Positions 51,251 to 62,099 of a DNA stretch of 64,000 bases are shown here, piece by piece (within the stretch, counting starts at the first letter, position 1; each line of letters starts with the position of its first letter). Below the pieces are notes generated by a model that saw only the letters and a program-made list of their open reading frames with translations, did no database searches and was not told the DNA's origin. The translations under genes were made by a program, and so were the position numbers. This DNA comes from Raillietiella orientalis (taxonomy: Eukaryota): the NCBI GenBank assembly GCA_036172245.1, contig JAYWIR010000003.1, positions 4,402,001 to 4,466,000 of the forward strand, in the 5' to 3' direction.

Positions 51251-52500
51251 AGCAGAAAGCGGAAGCAACCGTGGAAGCTTCCCGAGGGAAGTTTTCTTTC
51301 CGGTCTTCTTTTCTTTTTGGAGGGTGTTCGCCATGTACTCCGGAAACCTTCGCCTCGGTGGTTCACGAGGTCCTTTGACACTGCCCACGCCTCCCGTGGG
51401 TCTGTGTGACTCCTCAAGTTACAAGGGTGCCTAGGGAGCGAACCGCCCTATGAATCCAGGAAGGGCTTCAGAGGAAGGAGTGCGCTCCTCCTGAGCTTGG
51501 GAGGGAACCTGGAAGGGAATCCCCTTCCTTGTTCTCTCCGGAAGGTTCTCCGGAAAGGATTCCCCCTCTGAAGAGAACCCTGAAGGAACGCTTCCAGATT
51601 TTCTCTTAAGGGCACTCCCTGGAGGGAGCAGCGCGCTTCTAGACACTCTGGACCCCGAGAGAGGTATCAATCAGCTCCGCAGTACTCAATGGAGGGTCCC
51701 CATTAGGGGGGTGGGCGGCTCCATTCTCACAACCGGAGGAGAACGACCCCTTGGTTCCTGGAAGGGAGCCCGGAGGGTCAACTCCCAATCCTGGCCAATC
51801 AACGGGGGCATCGGGCTGTGGGCTTCATCCTGTCGGGGGGACTCAAAACCCACAACGCACCGCAACCCCGCCTTCTTGGCGTCGATTCTTTCTTCCCCGG
51901 ACGGGATTGGAACCCGCAGCGCTCGACACCACGCGGCCGCCAACGCTGGCACCGACATTTCTAGAACGCTCGAGGGAAGAATCCAAGCGTCCCGACGGCA
52001 GAGTGGCCCCGGCCGATGACACACCGAGCAGGGTGGGCATCAAGGCACCATCCTCACCCAGTTATCCCAGAGGTCGCGGCACCGAGACACTTCATCAAGC
52101 AGGTGGTCCAGATCCGTGCATCCGGACGAATCTGGAGAAGCCGGGGGAGGACGAAGCGGCAGGTGAGCGGCCGTTTGCGAATCTCGGATGTGTGCGTCTG
52201 CATCTCCTGGTGTGTCTGCTGCCGCCGTCTCTGTCAGCGGATGTGACAGAGATGGACCATAGTCCGGAAGGAGTCCAGGAACTAAGAAAACCACTCGCAG
52301 CGCCGGGAAGCAGAGGCTGCAGAGGCGAGAGGCGTCCCCCGGGATCTCGGAGTGCTGGCTGCCGGCAAGATGATCTTCCCTGGAGAGCCGCAGGAGAGTG
52401 GCCTGGGGCGTTGCTGACCTCAGCAGACCTCGAGGTTTCGAAAGGGGCGTCCTCGCGTTTCCCCAGAGGGAATCCAAAGCTTCAATAACTTCTTCCTCTT
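51250..52500 (+). mobile_element. Candidate YR element, copy 3
   Basis: Same block at 51430-51680. INGG, GLEPAAL near 51905, LCQR..TI near 52235. Confidence 0.5.
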
Positions 52501-53349
52501 CGGATGGCCCTGCTGGTCTCGCTCTTGACCCCGGACGGGCACAGGTGGGGAGGATCCCGGAGTAGGTAGAAAGGCAGTGAGGGAGACCCGTTCCGAAATA
52601 CCCAGGGGGGGAAACCAGACCTTTCTCCGAGGATCCCTCTCCCGCTCCGTTCCGCCCCTTCTCCTCCTTCTCCTCCTGACGGAAGGTGGCGGCGCGGAGG
52701 AGAAGGCCTGCGGAAGGTGGCAGCGCCTCCGTGATAAGCAACGGCCCTCTGCCCGGGCGAGCAGCACTTGTTGCTGCCGGGTCGGAGATCCGTTCCGGCA
52801 GCCGGGAGGGAGGAAGGATCGCTCCCGAAGGAAGCCGGAACTGTCTCTTCCGCTGCCGCCGTTCCCTCCCCCCTTTTCCTGCTCCCCCTCCCCATCTTCC
52901 ATTGTCCGCACGCAACGCCAAGCGCCCACGAACCGCGTTGCGTGCCTCACCGTCTGCCCGCCTTCCTGTTCTAGACTTTTCCTTTCGTTTCGCATGTCCC
53001 TGCATGCAACCGGCGGCAGGAAGAGGAAAACAGGGAATCCCCGGAACGGAATCGCTTTCGGGAGGAAGAGGAGGAAGGATGAAAACTCAACACGCGAGAA
53101 AACAAACAAGGAGAGAGGATGAAAGGGGAGGGGAAGAGGAGAAAAAAGACTACGACGGTAGGGGGGAAAGACAGGGGAGAGAGAGAGAAGGAGACTCTGG
53201 CTGATTCCCGGGAGCATCGACGAGCGATCGCTGCGTGGGAAGATGGGGGAGGTGAAAGAGAGTTCCCGAGCACGCATCAGTAGCAGCGCGTCCCGGAAGA
53301 GTCACTGCAAGGAGGCCGTCGGAGGAAAGGGAGCTCTTCTCGGTGGAGA

Positions 53350-54150
53350 GAGGAGGAGCGACGAGCTTCCTGCTTCCTCTTCCTCCTTCTCCCGCTGCTC
53401 ATCGTCATCTCCGCCATCTCTCCTGTGGACAGCGCGTTTCCCAGGCAACGCCTTCGGCGGGCAGCAGGCCGCTTTCCAGACAAGGACAGAGGAGAGGAAG
53501 ACGAGGAAGCAAAGCAACCACTTTTGTCGCTCGCAGTCGGCATGCCTTCCTTCTCGAACCCCTTTTTTCCCACCCCCAGCTTGCACCTGCTTGGCCCGAG
53601 AGGGCGCCAGAGCTGCCCTGAGCGGGCGCGCATGCACGCGCTCGGAACATCTGCTTGCTGCCCTGGAAGCGCTCTTTGTTTGGAGAGCTCCGCGGAGCGA
53701 CCTGGACTGCCGAGGTTCCCATCGGGGTTGCCCGAGCAACCGACTCGAGAGGGTATTGGGAAGTGGTGCGACGGAGATCTCCCTCTCCCCGTCACCTTCC
53801 CGTGGCACAGGATCCGACGGCAGATTTTTGCGGGATGCCTTCAGGAAAAACACAGAGGAAAGAGGGATGCCAACCGAAAGAGGAAGCCGTTCTCCCTTTC
53901 GTTTCTGAGAGAACTCGAGGTCGTCCCACATCGTCCATCCCAAGGGCGTCTGCTTCTTCGCAGGAAGCCAGTGCGAACGGGCGACGGGCTCCCCCGAGCT
54001 CCCTCGCTCCCGTGGGAGAGGGTTCCGTTTCCGTGGACGCGGGAGCACAGAGCAGGGCACAGACGCGAGGTCAGAGGTCCTGCTTTCTCCATTCCGGAAG
54101 TCCTTCCGTTTGCCCTGCGGGGGGAAAGCACGACGACGACGATAAGGCGG
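53350..54150 (-). mobile_element. Decayed non-LTR reverse transcriptase fragment
   Basis: Ordered remnants GPLTS, TGFLRRSR, FFLKASRK..SDPVP, APAQGSSG, RHAD. Confidence 0.4.
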
Positions 54151-56249
54151 ACGGGTGGGGGGAAGGGAGCGCGCGACCTTCGGTGGACCTTCCGGCCGTT
54201 AGTGTTGCTGCGAGCTGACCGAGGCGCGCCCCGCAGACAGCCACCTGAGCAACATGGGGGGAGAAGGTCTTTGGGGACGTCGGAGAAAGGCTAGAAGAGC
54301 GAGAAGGTTTTGCACGGAAGTTAACGGCGCCGGTTACCGCGCGTTTCCGGGGGGGAGGGGCAACGCGGCGAACGAGGCTGAGCTCCCGGAGACGCGTATC
54401 TTCTGGCTGGCTGGCAACGGAGCGAGGAGGAAGGTCAGCAGCTCCTCACATCCCTCGCGGCTGACATCGGCAGCTCCCAGCCCAGCGCCAGTGGAGCGAG
54501 CGGAGTCTCCAGGGCGTGAAGGATAGAGGCGGTGCCGCCGTCGCCGCCGGAGGTCGGCAGCGGAAAAAACTACTTCTGCAGGCGCCTTCCGAAGACTCGC
54601 GCTTCCTTACCGATTCCCCCACGTGGGAGGTGAGAGGGGTAGAGCCAGAGAGCACCAGTGTTCCGCAGCCGGCTGAGGCCGATCTTCACGGTCCGAGCCG
54701 CCCTCTCCCGTGCAGGACCGCGGTGCGCCAGAAGGGCGGCACCCCTGCGTCTCGCCCGCCCCTCCAACAGCGCCTCTGCTGGAACTTTCCGGAATTTCAG
54801 GATTTCCTCCCCGTCCTCTTCGTCCCAGTCGCCGCCGGACGTCTCGCTGGTCTCACGGATGATCGCAGCAGCTCCTCGCCGGATGCGATCCTCGGATTCC
54901 CTCACGATTTTCCCCCTACTGTCTGAGAGGGAGGCGAGGAGGGGAGGGAGATTGTCGGGCGCGCAAGCCTTGGACTCCCACAGCGTGTGGGAAGTGGAAC
55001 GGCGCCCGCTCGGCACCTCTGGATGCACTGAGGAGCGGCAGCCGCTGGCTCCCAGGAACCCCGGACCCCGGAACGCTCGAAGAGGACAGCATCCCCTTGG
55101 AAACGAGGGGACGACTCCAGCGGTGCCATCTTCTGGCCCTGGCCTGGGTCCCACTGGACCTCTCTCAAGAGCCAACACTCCTTAGGAGCACCTTCGCGTG
55201 CAGAGGAGGCCTCTTGGGGGGGTTTCTTTTCTTGCGGAACAGCGAGCGGGCTCCACCCTTAAAGCCCCGCAGGTGGCGATGGGAAAGGAAGGCAAGGACG
55301 GAGCACCCTCGACGTCCGTGATCAGAATCTCCTGCTTCCCGTTCCGCTTTCTCCTCCTCCGACGATGACCCCTTCGGACAGGCTGCTCCCCCTCGAACTC
55401 AGCCACCCTCCGGCTGCTGTGGGAACGTCTTTTTCCCAGGAGGCGCAGCGCACGGGAGCAGCGGTCGTATCCAGTGAAGCCCTCCCCTACCCGGCTCGAC
55501 CGGTTCGCGCCCTCGGGGGTTGTGGGAAGCCACCGCCGGCACCTCTGTGATTCGAGGCAAGCCGTGGCGAGAGCCGCGCGCTCTTCGGCGTAGCGCGCCC
55601 CCCCTTTTCGGCGAGCGAGACCGACCGATCCCGGTCAGCTTCCTCCCTCTATGGCTGGTCAGAATATCTTGAGGAGGACGGCGGGTCCGTCAGGATTTCG
55701 GGATACTCGATTCCTCCCCCCGTCTCTCCTCACCTTCCCTTCCCTCCACCCCTGTGACGAGAGAGAGGGGAAGGGACAAGCTCCAGTGCACTGACAGCAC
55801 AGGGGGAAGAGTGGGAACCCGATGACGCCGGTACCGAGCGAGGTCAAAGGATCTGTGTAATCGTTCTGGAAGCTGAGCGCAGGCGGTCGCAAAGGAAGCG
55901 CATCCGAAGACTTGGGATCGGTCCAGCAGTGCGCGAGGACTCGCGATGCGAGCTTCCCCCCTCCCTTTCCCCTTCTCCTACTCTTGCGGTAGGAGCGCTC
56001 CTGTCCGCCCCCTCCCCTCCCTTCCAGTTCCTAGGTGGGCAAGGTGAATCGGGGAGAGGGAGGGGGTTTTCCTCCTTCGCGACACAAAGCTCGTTCAGCC
56101 ACTAGACCACGCGCCGTGCCTGCTCTGCGTCCTCAATTGAAGCGGGGCCGCCGTGGCGAACGTGCGGCAGGATCGCCTGGCAATCATCCGGAAACCCGGC
56201 TTGAGCATCCCGGCTTCCCCTCCCTTCCTTTCGCTTGATGCTTTTCGAA

Positions 56250-56800
56250 TGCTTTGCTTTCCTTCTCTTCCCGGAACGTGTGCTCCTCTCGCGCCTTCAT
56301 CCTGCCTCACAAATAAAACGCATCGACGTATCAAACCTTTGGAAGCGTCACTGCGTGGCGTCCATTGAGCCCCGAGTTGCGATGGCAACGGCGGAGAGGG
56401 ACGAGGATTTTCATTCTCTTCTCCTCGCTGCCTACTTGTTGTTGCTGCCGCTGCTGCTCTTTCTGGAATCCCTTCCGCGACCATTCTTTCGCGCAAACCA
56501 ACGAACGTCATTGACGAGCGATCCGACAGGCTTGTCCGGAGGTCATCGTCATCATCTGCGGGAGGAAAATGGCCCTCCTCCTTCCCCAAGTCACGAACTC
56601 GCGAACGGGCCCCGCCTCCCGGAGCACTCTCCTCCGGACGCGCACGTTCCGGCGCGCGGATGCATGCTCGATCCCGTCTCGTGGCAACGAGCCTCGGGAG
56701 GATCCGCCGACGCCTCTCTTCGCTCCATGCCGGAACCGCGGAGTGACTGGCAGCGGGAACCGACCGCATCGATTCCCAGAGCCGATCTCTTCCCTTCAGC
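56250..56800 (-). mobile_element. Second copy of the same RT fragment, inverted
   Basis: 56600-56705 is the reverse complement of 57591-57695 with scattered mismatches. Confidence 0.45.
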
Positions 56801-57299
56801 GGCGGCATGATCGATCACCAGGATGTCACCTCGTCCCGGAATTTTCATACGGAGCTCCCGATCGGATTGGACAAGGCCGGGATGGGGCCGCCGCTGCTCC
56901 GCACGCGCGAAAGACGGGGGGAAAATTCAATTCGGAGCCATCTTTCACGGTCCCCCGATCGACACCCACGCCCCCTCCCCTTCCGCTCTTTCGCGCCCGC
57001 GGGATCAGGGTGAGTCGTGCTGGAGCGCGTCCGGCTTTTATAGACGGATCACGTACCCGATCTTCTCCCCCCCCCCTCCCCCTGCTTTCATCCGCGTTGT
57101 CCTCGCGCCTTCCAGACTTCCCTCTCGTTTGAGCCTGCCCCGAGCGAAGTACCAGGGAGGAGGAGAAGGAAGAGGCGCATCGGAAATCCATGGTGTCTGC
57201 CTCTTGCCCCCCCCTCCTCCCTCCTCCCTTTCCGTCCTGACAAACCTGCGCAGTCCTCGCCCCTCCTTGCATGCGCCACTTAACGCTATCAGGCATCTC

Positions 57300-58200
57300 T
57301 TGAGGGGAGGATGAGGAAGGGGAGGAGAAACGAAAGGTTCCTTCCTGCGATGATGACTCATTTCTCACGTATACGCGCTGCCGACCTCGGAGTCCAAGGA
57401 ACTGCGCAACAGGCGGGAGTTGCGTGGAGCGGGGAGGGAGATATTCCCTCGACAACCTCGCGATCCCGTGCGTTCCCGGACGGGAGTGCAAGGATCCCCG
57501 TCGACCACCTCGGATCTCCCGGAAGGTTCCTTCGCTTTTCCTTAGGGGCAAGCGAAAACCCGATCGGTCCCAGAATGGGAGGAAGCGCGGGGATCCTTCC
57601 GAGACTCGTTGCTACGAGACGGGACCGCGCATGCACCCGCGCGCCGGAACGTGCGCTTCGGGAGGAGAACGCTCCGGGAGGTGGGCGCCTTGTCCCCTGG
57701 GTCAAGAAGGAGTCAGTCATTTCCTGCTAAGGACGAGGCGCTGCGGGGCATCTTCCGGTGGAGCGAAATGCAGCTGCAGCAGCAACCGTGGTGCGCGAAC
57801 GCTGGCGTTGGGCAGCAGCTCACGAAGAGCGGCAAGCTCACTGACGTCGTAAGCGCTCGCTCGCCATGGCAACAAAGGCGAGGCGGGACGCCGGATCCGA
57901 CGCCGCGAACGACCGTCTCGTTAACAGCCCGAGACCTATCCATCAGCCAAAAGGGTGCGTCGCGGAATGTTCTCCAGGAACCGGAGTGATCTGCAGCAAC
58001 CCATCCTTTCCTGCGGTTCCTGCCCACCGAAGCGGATACGCTGCTCTCCGAAAGGACTCCATCCCTCCTCGGAGCCGTGGCACGCGGCGGCGGCGGCACC
58101 TTCCATCACGTGGTGCGAAGCGATTCCCTCGTTCCTTCCGCGGCAGCTTCCTGAGTCGTCCGTTCTGGAGAGCAGGGCTCCTGCCGTCTCTTCGGGAGCC
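57300..58200 (+). mobile_element. Decayed non-LTR RT fragment
   Basis: IPCVPGRECKDP..PRIS, ILPRL, RFGRRT, EALRGIFRW, KG/VRRG. Confidence 0.4.
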
Positions 58201-59452
58201 CAGCGGGCAGTCAAGACGCAGCGTCGGCTACCCGGACCGTGGAGCGACTTCTTGCTGTCCTCTTCCATCCATCTCTACCTTCGCGCGGAAAGTGGAAACT
58301 CTGCGCCATGCTTCCCCTGGAGCGGTATGAGAGAGAAACGGGGGACAGCGTCCTCCTCCTCCCTCCGGGAGCGTTCCGTGCCAGAGCGGCCTCCGCTACC
58401 AGCCTTGGCGGACCGTTTCCGGAGAACTCTCGAGAACACATCGGGCTTCCGAAGCTCTGTCCCCGACGGTGACCAATCCGGTCACGCGCATGCGCTGTTA
58501 CGAGGGTACCCTGGAATCTTATCTTCCTGCCTTCTTCGGAGTGCCTTGGTGACCCCACGGTCGTGCTGCGGATGGGAACCGCTCGGCACTTCCGTCCGTC
58601 TTGAGAACAGGCAGAAAATCGCTGGGTGCCAGAACGGAAGGGATGCCATGGCGACGCGCGGCCGCAGTCCAAGCTCTTCGGAACCTGGAGAAAGCGAGCA
58701 CCGGGTTGCCCAATGCATGGAACATATCGTGGATGCTGCGTTCGGGAAGGCCCACAGACCGGATTTTTTATCGTCTCTCTTCGGATGCGAACGGCAAAAC
58801 GCGGTCCCCGAGGAGAACTCGCGATCTTCGAGGAGCGGACTGAACCCGGAGCGTGCGATGACGACGGTGGGCGCACCATCGCAGGCTCCGGGTTCAGCTA
58901 CGTGGGCGGGGACCAACCGGACCGGGACAGTAGGTCCACCCTCCCTGCTTGTGAAACACCTCGAGTGGCGTGCATCGGTCGCGCGATTCCACCCACTCAC
59001 CTTCCGCGAGACTCACCCCACATTCATCACCCGGGACTCTGGGATCCTTTAGCAGGAGCTGATAACCATCGCCACCAACGCGGACGAGGATCGAACCCGT
59101 CGGGATCTGGCATTGAGGAGGAAGATCGTCCTGGATGCTCTTCCCGCCCTTCGAGGAGCGCTCCCGAGGCGTCCGAAGTGCTCCAGGAAGGAGGGAGACC
59201 AAATGCAAAGATCTCGTTATCTCCCTGTCGACGACGCGTGCATGACGTCCGTAGCAACCAACGCGGCAGCGGCGTGTATTGAATCCGCAGAATGGGACTG
59301 CCCGTGTTGGCGGCCGCGTGGCGCCAAGCGTTGCTGGTTTGAATCCCCATCGGAGCAGAGAATTGGCGCAGAGAAGTGGGGAGTGTGTCATGGGTTTCGA
59401 ATCTCCCCAAGACGACGCTGGTTGACGTACGGGCTTCGGGTGCGGCACTGGT

Positions 59453-60038
59453 TGACACCTGCTTACGCCGAGGCATTTATTTATAAAATAAACTTCCATG
59501 TCTGTGGCAGGAGGTTCGATTCCGCCGCGTGGGCACTAAAGTGCTGCTAGGGATGCGGCCGGCGTGAGGATGTCGCGAAGGAAGAGGCTCCTTCAAACGT
59601 CTCTGGCGCTGCCGTCGAGAGTTCCCAGAGTCGCGGCAAAGAGTCCCCAAACGGGCCGGAAGGCAACAACACAGTCCACTAGGAGGTGCGGGAGGGATTC
59701 CCGCTCTCTGCACCGGCGGGCGTTGCACAGAAGGCCCGAGTGCAGCAGCAGCGCCGACTCCTACCACTTCAAGAGGAGGGTGTGTCTGTCCAAGAGCACT
59801 GGTGGTCACTGCAGTCTTCCTCCAGAATACCCAGTAGCACGCCCCAGAGCAAAAGTCCATTAGGTCGGGCACTCGAGGTCTCAGCGTCGGTGAGAAGCCC
59901 GTCGTCCACTTGTCCAGTCTTCTTCCGGAAACGTCCACAGCAACCTCCCCTCCAGCCCTACGGCTAGATGCGAGGTTTAAACGGCTAAACCGTAGTCGTA
60001 GGGCTGGAAGGGAGGTTACTGTGGAAATCGCAAACAGA
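59453..60038 (-). mobile_element. L1/Tx1-like LINE copy F with internal deletions, inserted into YR-element copy 4
   Basis: Minus strand reads LTDAETSSARPNGLLLWGVLLGI and ESLPHLLVDC. Ends aataaatgcctcggcgtaagcaggtgtca. 19-bp TSD with 3 mismatches (59434-59452 / 60039-60057). Confidence 0.82.
59934..60025. repeat. 92-nt foldback (33-bp arms, 3 mismatches)
   Basis: tccacagcaacctcccctccagccctacggcta ... tagtcgtagggctggaagggaggttactgtgga, with an inner ggttta/taaacc stem. Confidence 0.9.
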
Positions 60039-61199
60039 CTTCGGTTGTGGCATTGGTGGAATCCGGAAACCCACGATTGCCCCCGTTGACTGACTGGGAA
60101 CGGAATTTGACCCTCCGGAGTCCCTTGCAGGAATCGAGGAACCTTTCAGGATTCCCTCCGGTTGTAAAAATGGGAACTAACACCATGGAGATGGTGGATA
60201 CCTCCCTCGCCCTCGTGGTTTGCCTTTCCAGAGTGTCAGAAGCGCACAGCTCCCTTCGGGAAGCGACCTTCCAGAGAAATTGGGAAACTTCCCTTTAGGA
60301 TTCTCTTCAGAGGAGGAAACGAGGAGCGGATTCTTTCCAGGGATCCCCCGGGAAAGAAAGAATAAAGCAACCCCCTCCGGGGAGTCCCTCCAGAAAGAAT
60401 AAGGAAGAGCTGGTTCCCTTATGGGTTTCCTCCCGAACGTGGGACGAAAGGACTTCCTCCTCCGGAGTCCTTCCTGGAATAAGGGAGCGATTCCTTCCCG
60501 GGGTACCCCCTATAACTTGTAAGATTTGACACGCTGCACTTTCGGGTGGCGTGGACGGCATGGACGAACTTCGTGAGCCACCAGGCAAACTGTTCTTCAG
60601 TACCTGGCGAACCAAAAGAAAAAAAAACACACTGGAAAGGATACGCTCCCGAAATTTCTTCTCCAGAGGGCACCCGGAGGGGAACCGCTCCTCGTGACTC
60701 CTCTGGAGATTCAAGGATCCTCACGGAACAGTGACTTCCAAGGAGGACTAACACCAGCCGCACGTGGTGAACGGCAGTTCCTTGGAAGGGATTCCACAGG
60801 TCCACGAGAACACTTCAGGAAGTTGGCTGAGAGTGCAAGGACTCTGGACCCTTTACCCCATGTGATCCCTCTGTTCACTCGACAGTGGAAAACGCCATCT
60901 TGTCTTCTCCCCCACGTCACGAGCGACCGCGCTCCCAGTGTCTCCCGGGAGACCAAACAAAGCGATGCGAGAGGGTCCTGGACTCGGCTGCGCTCCTTCT
61001 ATCCCTTCCCTTTCCATGCTCCACTCTCGCCTCTGACGAGAGTGGAACGACACAGGGCGGCACTCTGGCTCTTTTCGTGAGCTGACCCACTGGTGGTCTA
61101 GTCGACGGACTCGGTTGCTGCGAGGAGCGGCAGAGACGCGCGCACGCACGGGACGCTGGGCACGCACAGCATCTCTTCCTTCATTGCATCCGTGCTTGG

Positions 61200-61750
61200 C
61201 TTCTTCTGGGGCTTCCGGAGGTTTCCAAGGAAGAGCCTGGTCCGCAGATCGTCCGCCGCTTCATGGAAAACGCTATCCTCTGTCCTTCTTCAGCCAGGTG
61301 TTCCTCGGCCCCCTTCCACCGTTCCCGCTGACCTCCCTTGTAAACCACTCCTTCCGCTTCGGGGGACTCGTTTCCAGCTACACAGGGGCGGGGAAGAAGT
61401 CCGCCGCGCGTCGCATCTCCTGCTGAAGAATCCGTGCCACCCGGTGGCGAAGAGCTGTCTCGAAAGCATCTACGGTGCTCCTTCACCTCGGAGAGGCCAG
61501 CAGCCCCCCCCCCTTCTCTGCGGTGATGCATCTCACGCAGTCCAGTCTGCCACACTTGGAGGGCAAACGGAGCTGGTCGTCCATCTTCCCCAACTCCTTC
61601 CAAGTCGACCAGCTCGCCTTCCGGCTCTTCGGCTGGATGGACCCGTGGTAGGGGATGCTTCGACCGCGGCCCGCAGCAGGGAGGGAGTGCAGCTTTCGGG
61701 GAGTTCAGCTGCCGACAGGAGCACTCCCTTAGCAGGCGCCTGGAACCCGG
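61200..61750 (-). mobile_element. LINE C-terminal fragment related to 62630-62770
   Basis: About 110-bp direct similarity between 61550-61660 and 62630-62760 (ccccaactcc..aagtcg.ccagct.gccttccggctcttc). Confidence 0.45.
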
Positions 61751-62099
61751 TTCGGAGGCGGGACCGAGGAGCGCAGCTTCGACTCGCGACCCCACCTGCG
61801 ACCGAGACGACGCCCTCTGGACGTGTGACGGCGGAGCTACCTCAGAGGGCGAGGCAAAGAGAGAGGGAAAGGCAGGATAAGTCTGCGGAAAGCGCAGAGA
61901 CGCGCGGGAGCCCCCGTGTGCCCTCAGACCCGCAGCTGGCGTCCCCGCGGCAGTGAGTGACAGCAGAATGGGAGGCTCACAAAGGCTGGACGTCGGCGCT
62001 GATCGCTCTCATAGGGAGGACCTTGGATTTCCGAGAGCTCCTAGTGACGGCAGTCTGAGCGAGCGGGCAGAGGACGCGAGGCATCATCTCCTCTCCCTC

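Larger units (their letters stand above)
58500..60720 (-). mobile_element. Candidate YR element, copy 4 (most complete recombinase remnant), interrupted by LINE F
   Basis: Ordered motifs SVNGGN, GFKPATL..F..F, ISSC*RIPESRVMNV, VFHK, FSRFRRAWTAAARRHG, WGH. Confidence 0.55.
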
